A stretch of DNA of 64,000 nucleotides from Paramecium tetraurelia (Eukaryota), in contig CT868596.1 of NCBI GenBank assembly GCA_000165425.1, positions 310,001 through 374,000 of the forward strand, read 5' to 3'. A model generated the notes under the pieces. It saw nothing but the letters and a program-made list of their open reading frames with translations. It searched no databases and was not told the DNA's origin. The translations under genes were made by a program, and so were the position numbers. Every line of letters begins with the position of its first letter. The stretch's first letter is position 1. Shown here piece after piece: positions 53,891 through 64,000 of the stretch.

Positions 53891-54805
53891 TCATAATCTC
53901 TTTTTCAACTATTTACTAAATTAATTTAAGTCTGCAATAATGTGCATTATTTCTTTCACTTCAGGATTTTAACTGTTATTTATACTTTTCCTGCTTTTTT
54001 GTGTTATTTTTGTTTTAGATTTCTCCCTTGTCTTTGTTTCTTTTAACTTTGGTCTAAAAGTACAATCTTTCATTTCTTTTTCACTCTTTCTTTTTTACTC
54101 AAAATTTATTTTCTCTTATAGTCTTTATTTCCATTCTTAATTTCGCTTAGCGATATCAGAAGGAGATTTGGATTTGTCCTATTGCTTAATTTCAATCTTT
54201 GGAGATGTTGGAGATTTACGCAAATGTATTTTTGCATAACTTCCACAATGATCTGAGAGCATTGACCATTAAGTTTAATTAGGAGGAGGGGAATTTAAAT
54301 TTTGAGAGGAGTTTCGTCGATATACAAAATTGCTATTATTTTATTATTTGATAGGACTGATGTCTTCTGCAGGGAATAGATCCTCTTTAACTTTAAAACT
54401 TGATAATCTCAATTCAGATCGTTCTAATGGCAGAGACTGTCTTCTTAAGTCTTGGGCACTAGCATATCTATTGAATTGACTAAGTAGACCTTAATCATCA
54501 TCTTATTGTACTTATGTCTCCTCAATCAAATGAGGTTTGATAATGGATGGAGAACTTGTGATAGTATCAGGAATTTTGTTATTATTGTGTACAAGTTTTA
54601 AGAATTCATCATACTTTTTAATGGTCAATTAAACATCCTTATGTACATCTTTAATTAAAGAGCAAGACTTTTTTGCTACTATGTTGGCATTGAAAAGTGA
54701 TTAATTTAATTTGGTGTGAGACTTATCAGGAGTGATAGGATGGGATACTTTTTAGGCGTAAGATTGCTCATGTATCCTCTTTTTTGTTTCTTAAAGTTAT
54801 TGCAT
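53891..54805 (-). CDS. Hypothetical protein with coiled coil and CTFRP motif
   Basis: 915-nt frame; 'RNQEWKQRLQEKINFEQKRKSEKEMKDCTFRPKL'. Confidence 0.6.
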
Positions 54806-55001
54806 ATTCAATAACAATAAATTGATTGTTTTTTATTTAATTAAATTATAGCCTTTTACTAATACAAAATATATATAAGACATGTTGGTTCTCTTATTAG
54901 TTGATATATAATTGAGAAAGTGAATGATTTATAGTAATCTAATACTATTATATAAATGCAGTAAGAATTGTGATCAATTAATTGCAGAAATAAATTTTAT
55001 T

Positions 55002-56016
55002 ATGGATTAATTAGAATTATTGAAAATATGGAGAGGGATCATTGTAGCATTGCAATAGAAATACAGTGATATTAATGGTGCATTTTCTGATTTGGATGTT
55101 AATAATTCAGGAGAAATAGAAATCGATGATTTGGCCTCAGAGTTAAAGAAAAATCATAATATTCAATCTGATGAGTAAACTTGATTATAACATAATTAGA
55201 ACCATAAAACAGCTTTTTGAATACTTAAACACTTCAAAATCAGGAGCAATAAATTTAGAGGAATTCGAGAATCATTGGACATAAGTTGATTAAAATATAA
55301 AGTAAGCAACAAATCAGTTAAAGTTTTAAAAACAAAAATTAGATAATGAACAATAACTTTTGATATCTTCTGAATAGAAATCAGCCTAATAATTCTCTGA
55401 TCTATTTAAAAGTTATGCATCAGGAAATTCACCAAACAAATATATTAATGTTTAAGGTGATTTCCAAATTAACCATTTCACTTAAACCACTGGGACTCCT
55501 CCTAATTATCAATAACAACGCCCTCTCAATTTTTTGGATAATTTCAATTATAATAAGAAAATATCACCGCCAAAACACTCCTATTTATTAAAAAGTAGAG
55601 CTGAAATTCAGTAGGATAGACTTAGAGATATGTAAAAAAGGATTACCAATATATTTAATGGGAAACCAGAACCGAAAAATTCATCTCCAAGATTAAGATA
55701 GGAATTTGATATCTATCTCAATAACAAATTAAACAAACCAAACACAACCAGAAGGTAGGCTTCATATCCTTAATTTTCATTTGATTTTTAAATTATCTAT
55801 CCATAGAGAAAAACTCAAAGAAATTTTGAATAAAGATTTTCCTTTAATCAAAGAACAGATCCTTCTCCTAATAGATCTTAAGACAGAATTTCCTTATAAT
55901 AATATGCGTACTAATTCTTTGATAGAGTTTACGAGCATAAACAAACTTCATCTCTTTTAGGATTCCAAAAGAAATAATAGATCTAACCTAAAACAACATT
56001 TATGTTCAGATTATGA
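55002..56016 (+). CDS. Protein with N-terminal EF-hand pair
   Basis: AFSDLDVNNSGEIEIDDL..LFEYLNTSKSGAINLEEF, followed by a low-complexity tail. Confidence 0.7.
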
Positions 56017-56072
56017 CAATTAAATTATATAATTAATTATCTATAAGTATTCAATAAAAACACTTATAAATA

Positions 56073-57633
<1,561 letters not shown>

Positions 57634-57740
57634 ATAACCCTATGAATATTTGATTTTCCTATAAATATGTATATATATAGTTATTTTAACATGTAATCAA
57701 CATTTGTAAACATAAAATATAATTCAAAAATCTAAATCAA

Positions 57741-60700
57741 TCAACACATTTAAAAAATATTTGGATTAGGTTCCTTTTTTGCTTTAAATACTGGTTTACA
57801 TAGCTTTGATTTCAAAATTTTGAACTACTGATAAATATCAACCATCAAACAACATACTAAATTAACACTAAACAAACTTATATTTACCCATCCAATTTAT
57901 ATCCTATATTAATAAAATTAATCCATATCATGGCATAAAAATAAGATGGAATTTAAATAAATTGAAGTTTCAAAAACAATGATTTTGAAATTCTCAAAAC
58001 TCTAAATCATTGGTTTCGATAACAAAATATATAAAGTAAATATTACTGATTGAAAAGATATAAATAGAGTTTAACATGCTGGCATAACTTAGAAAAGCAC
58101 CAATGTGCATATAAAACTTAATTTCTTTATTAATAGGATTGTTTAATATTGGGCATTCCATTTGTTGAATTTAGTATTAATACCTTCAAAAAACAAGTTT
58201 GATTTCACAGTTTGTATTATCTTATTTGATATTAATGAATAGGAATAGAATCCCAAAATTGATAATAAATTAAATGAAAAAATAGCAACGGAAAAGGCTG
58301 AACATATATACAGTAGTCTACTTTATTAGGAGAATGTAACTATTTGTAATAGAGAGGTGAATGTTAAATCATAGTAGCTTGATAAATACACTCTAATCAA
58401 TCCTTAATAGAAGAATGACTTGATGTAAATTAATGCAAAAGATTCCATGGAATGCAATAGTTCTATTATTTTTTTGACTAAGCATTTAACTGAAGAATCA
58501 ACATGATTGATTAAATGTTAATATTTTAATTTGATGAGTAACTGAATCATTATTTTTGATAACTTATAATTGATGATACTAGTTAATAGGATAATTATGA
58601 AGCCTTAAAAATTAGTTCCAAAGAAACAATCAGTCTGAAAGATTTCAAATTTGCCAACATTATATTAAATTGTGGGAGTCTCTTATTGCATAAGCTTATC
58701 AAAAATTGAATCCAAATAAAGATAATCATATAAAGGCTATAATGATACAAAATCAAAAATGGCGAGGAAAATTGAAAAGTTAATGGGGTAGTTAATATTT
58801 ATGTATTTGATGTATGATAATTATTATAGATTATCTAGTAAATTCCAAAAGATTTCAAAGTTGCCTAAGAAAAATGATAGAACAGCTATTCCGATGAGAA
58901 TATAGAGGACAATTGAATTGAAATATGCTGCTGTTTCCGTAATTACTTTTTGCAAATTAGTCAATATTTCAATATTGTATAACTTAAGAGTAACTCTAGA
59001 TGATGGGTTATTCCCTAATTCATTGATTAATAGATCTTGATTAAATGTTAAATTTAAAATTGGGTGTTTGATAGAAATCTAAAATTATAGATCAATTGTA
59101 TATGAGACATCCATTAATTCTTTTGATACTTAAGTTATTGGTGTTAGTGTGAAGCTGAATTGATTTTTGTCAAGGTCTGAGATAGAGATTTAAATAGATT
59201 TAATAAAATCTTGAGAATTGTAATATGATTCAGATAACATAACTGGTTAAGTAAAGGTCAATGATAAATAAGCTGGGTTACGATTTATTATTGAAAGTAG
59301 TGGGAGAGGAAAATCTTATTAAATACAAAGACTTAATTAATCTTATATGATGCATTTCCAATTAGTTTCAACTTCACATTTGCTATTACAACCATCATGA
59401 TCATTAAGATTACCATCGTCACATTCTTCTTTTTCTTCAATAACAATGCCATCTCCACATTGAGTGAAACAAAAAGAGTTGTGTTGATAGAATCCATAGA
59501 GACACTCCTAACATATTCCTTAATAGCAATTTAAACATTCAAAGGAACAGTGATAATCACATTCATAGCAACCATCAAATTAAATAAAATTACCATCATC
59601 ACATTTTTCTAAAATAGTTATAATTCCATCTCCACAAATTGAGTCACATTCCTATGTAATAGTGTTATGAATCCATCCATTTGGATTACATTTCAAACAA
59701 ACCTTGGCTTCACAAATTAAACATCCAAAAGAACATTGAATTTTGCATTCATAACATCCATCATAAGGTAGATTATTGGTATCATCACATTCTTCAAATG
59801 GATAAGTAACAACTCCATCTCCACAAATGGGTTGACACATATCAGAGAAACATTGTTATAAAGACTATTCCCATACACAATTGTCTCCATTTTAATCAAA
59901 TAAACATTCAGACGCATACTTGTAAGAATTACAATTAGTTTTAAGTTAACATCCTCCTTAAGCCTTGAGAGTACATTGTGTTTAAACAGAATTGCATTCA
60001 TCAAAAGTAAATGGAATGATGGGCATAGAGTTGCAAATTTTATCATAACAATTTCCAGAAACCCAAATGCAATCATTAGAAGTTCTATCGAAATTACAAC
60101 ATATTTGATAATGACAATCATTACAATTTAATCTTTATAAACATGTTTGGCCATCACTTGTACAATGTTTATCAGGGAATAACTATTAACATTACATTTC
60201 ATCACCATAAAAATAGTCTTCGCATTCAACAGTTTTGCAGGATTCATTTATGCAATATTTAGTGTAATCAGAACATAAATGAGTTTAATCTACAAGAAGA
60301 GTATTACAATCAAGAAGTATACATTTTAGATTGATATGATCCCATACGCATTTGTCACTTAAAGTAGCATTTTCACAAGTGGATTCGTTTACATAATAGT
60401 TGCATTCTTTAGTTTTGCATTTATTAACATCCCAATAACATGGAAAATGATTTCTATTAAAATAACATTGATAAGATTTGGTATAATTAGGGCAATCAGT
60501 TAACTCTATGCAACCATCCCGCAATTCATTTACAGTGCAAATATTCAATAAAGTATTGCACTTTGTATGAGTATTGTTTAAATTATCCAATATATTACAT
60601 GCATTTAATTCAAAGCATTGTGAGACATTACTATTCCAATAGCATTTCTAATTAGTTGCACTTTAATAGCATTAACTCTGTTATGCTTATGAACACAATT

Positions 60701-63700
60701 GCACAAGAGGTCCACACTTAGGTTCATCTCCAATAGTGCAAACTTTATTAGGTTTATATTATTCACAGGATGTAATAGAAACAGATGATAATGTGGCAAA
60801 TAGACAAGCATCAACACATTTGTTTCCACTAAAAATACAATTATCTAACCAGTTATCACAATCAGACTGATTACTTGGTTGTCTACTTGCACCATCCCTA
60901 TAATTTGAGCAGACTTTTTAAACACATAAGGCCGACACATCAATAGTACATCTGGTACCATTTCTAATTATTGAGTTCTCACATTCCGATGTAAGATAAT
61001 CTGAACAACTTATGGGAACTTAGATGCAAGAACCACTCGTCCAATAACAATAATTGGAAAATTATTCACAAGTTACTTAATCTGGCTGACTTGGACATAA
61101 TTCAGTACAAAATCCAGTTGTTGGAAGTGCAATACCAGAAATTGTCCAAAAAAAGACACATTTAGTTCGATTTTCTGAGAACTTGCAAGAAGAGGATGCC
61201 GAATAAACAGAACAACTGGTTTAGGCTAATGCACATGTTTGATACTATGCTATCGTATATAATTGGTTCTTATTATTACATTCTTTATGATAATCCGCAA
61301 GTACTTCTTCACAATAATTGCTATTGATACATGCACCATTACACCAAAAACATTTAACGTTATTATTCTCGTATGCTTAAATACATGTTGTATCTGTCAT
61401 ATAAAATGAACAAGGATTTGTTTCGCATACATTGAGAGTATAATTCCAACTGCAAGTAGCTCCTTTTGGTTTCTAAAGATCACAGATAATGTTATTTGCG
61501 ATGAGACTGCATGATTTAGCAGTGCAACCAATCCCATTTCTGTAATTCAACTCGCATTTGTCATTGATTTACTTGCATTCATAATTTTAAACAGCTGATC
61601 CGTTTAAATGACAATTCAAAGAATTGTTTTTATGGACTTCTTAACAAACTCCACCTATAAACTAACAAGAAACTTCATTTTGTGAAACAGACACATTACA
61701 TTTTTCTTAGCTAGTGATAGAAGAACATAAACCCATAATCTCACATCCTTAATCTCTAGTTCCATCTGCTTTTATTTTCTATGAACAATTTTTTGAACTA
61801 TTGAAAAATTTAAAACAATCGCTATCATTATTAGCTGTTGTTTATGATTAACATTACTAACTTGAACAAGTAGTACCATTCCACACGCAAGGCTCATAGT
61901 ACGAATTGATTTTACATTACATTTCAAATGTGTAAAATGAACAATCTGTCTTTAATAGTTCACAAGCAATATTTTAATTCACACATTATATAGATATTTA
62001 TTCACATAATTGATTTGTAACTACTAGATTTAATGTTCCAGGACAAAGAGCAGGGACATAATCGTCACAATAACTAGTGGCTGTATTCCACTCACATTTC
62101 ACTCCATAATAATCATCCACACATTTTTATTGATCAGTGTAACTTAAACATTAATATTATTTTCTTTGGCATCCTATTGCTCCAGAAGTATTCACAGTGC
62201 ATGAATTATTCCAAGCATTACATTCTTAATTGGTTTAGGCAGTGAAAGTTGCAGTCATACTGCAAGTATCAAGAGCATCTCGCTGTTTACATTTAGAAGT
62301 AGTAATGTCATAATTGCAAATTGAATTCCATTAATAACACTAATAATTGTTGGTCATTCCACTTGGTATATTACAGGCTTTAAAATTGCATGATGTACCA
62401 TCCCAAAAACATTTGGTCCCATCTGGCAAACCTTATGTACATTATGCTAGATATGAAATTCCTGAACATACAGTTGGCCATGCTTAACATTTAGAATTTA
62501 CCGAATCAAGAAAACACTTCATACCAACAACTTTTAGATTGTTACATAAAGTTGATGAAGAAGTACTATAATCAGAACATATCTTTGGAGCACATATTGC
62601 ACCAGTCCATTTACATTGATAACCATCAAGAGTTTAATAACATTATTGTTAATGAAAATCATTACAATTTAATAGTTTTTATATACATCCATGAATTTAT
62701 TAGCTGCCAGATATTTAATAAACATTAACAGTACAATTCTTGAGCCATAATTCACAATCTGCATGAGTGATTAATGATACTGGTGCATCAGAACATTAAT
62801 TTAGTCTACATTTCTTTGGCAATTTGCAAGATAAATTTGTCAAACAATCATTTTGATGAATTATTTCGCAAGTTTAATCTCGACATGTTCCATTGTAATA
62901 ATCATAAGTGCATTTGTTATTTACAGTATTACACTGTAAATGATTAGTGAATTCAGGGTAAACAAAACTAGAACAAACATTTTCCACACATTAATTTGAA
63001 TTCCAATAGCATTTCCTATTAGAATAATCAACATCGCAAAATTAATTATCATTAATCATATTACAAGTAATTGGCCTATCTTAACAACCACCATTAAGTT
63101 TACCCATACACTTTCCAACCATTTTACATTAATTATGATTTAAAGTTAATAATTGACTGTCACATCCTTATCTCCTACATTTATTCTATGCAATAATCCA
63201 ATAACATTTTTAAACTGAAACTGATAAGCAATCTTCCTGAGCATCGTAACCCTCACAATAAGTTGGTCTATTTTTACAACCTCCTCCATTTTTGAAAACA
63301 CAATCTAACTGGGAATCAAATTATTAACATTAATTATAATTTGAATAGATATTTACATCTTCAGCTAAGGAGCATTCCTTCTTTTTGCATTCATTATGAA
63401 TAAAAATGCAATTATTACCTTAGACATCAGTAACACAACCTTCCATTACTAAGCTATCTTGACATTATTTACGTAACACGCATACTTACCCGTTTGTTGT
63501 ACATTCCAATAACAAACCTCTACATTCTTCGTCAGTTGTAAATCTCAAGTTATCACAAACTAATTCTACACATACTGATAGCTCTAAATCCCAATAACAT
63601 TATTCTGATTTAGCTTTATTGTAAAAGCATTACTCTTAATACTTTATCATTTTGCAATGTTCTTTGCTTTCCTCACAACCACCATTTAATGATACTGTAC

Positions 63701-64000
63701 AAGATGAAATCTATTCTCTGCACTCTAAATCGCTTGTTAGATACATTGGTAATTCATTGCACTCTCTACTAACTCTGCATTTAGGGTTCTCATTGATAGA
63801 CCAGAAACAATAACGGTTAGCCTTATTCATGTGCTAGCATGTAATCCAATTTGCATATTCCTCACATTCGCCAACATCTATGCACTTCATACCATCGCTA
63901 ATGCAATTCTTAGATGATTCCCAGCATTCTTCTCTTTTAAATGCTTTGCACTCTTTAAATTCTATGCATTCCCCCAAATAAAATCCACATTTATCCTTCA
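57741..64000 (-). CDS. Giant cysteine-rich surface protein: Paramecium surface-antigen-like repeats, CGDG (Myxococcus cys-rich/DUF4215) repeats and multi-TM C-terminus; 5' end beyond the window
   Basis: Periodic C-x-W-x(4-5)-C repeats at 60000-64000; three CGDG..E.CDD.N...DGC units at about 59390-59830; C-terminal TM block 'FWNLLDNLQQLSYIKYININYP'. Confidence 0.85.

Noticed and set aside
59717..60121. 134-aa ORF overlapping the Cys-rich gene
   Set aside because: Out-of-frame shadow of the real Cys-rich reading frame.
60000..64000. Periodic sequence that might be a repeat/spacer array or retained IESs
   Set aside because: The periodicity is at the protein level (Cys spacing), with no identical DNA repeats and no TA-bounded insert breaking the frame in the parts read.

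Overview
This is AT-rich, gene-dense eukaryotic DNA from a ciliate, almost certainly the macronuclear genome of a Paramecium species. Conserved genes (RPS17, RPL7A, RPL18, VPS26, XPF, NDR kinase) read through only when TAA/TAG are translated as Gln and TGA is the sole stop (genetic code 6). They are split by tiny 22-31 nt GT..AG introns, and many intergenic gaps are only 15-100 bp. The supplied ORF track treats TAA/TAG as stops, so it shows only fragments or antisense artefacts. Hand translation gives about 39 protein-coding genes. I found no rRNA, tRNA, CRISPR array, transposon, telomere or retained IES. Points of interest: (1) a secreted cadmium/zeta-carbonic-anhydrase-like protein whose expected His ligand appears replaced by Cys; (2) an XPF/ERCC4 that lacks the C-terminal HhH2 domain, ends in a PIP-box-like motif, and lies head-to-head 61 bp from a DOT1-like methyltransferase; (3) a minimal HAKAI-like RING+C2H2 protein; (4) an ankyrin-Sec7 protein with a degenerate glutamic finger; (5) a divergent pair of PAS-domain membrane paralogues; (6) repeated single-base indels in homopolymers that break otherwise intact genes, most likely assembly errors. 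Gene ends and introns were placed by eye and some are approximate.
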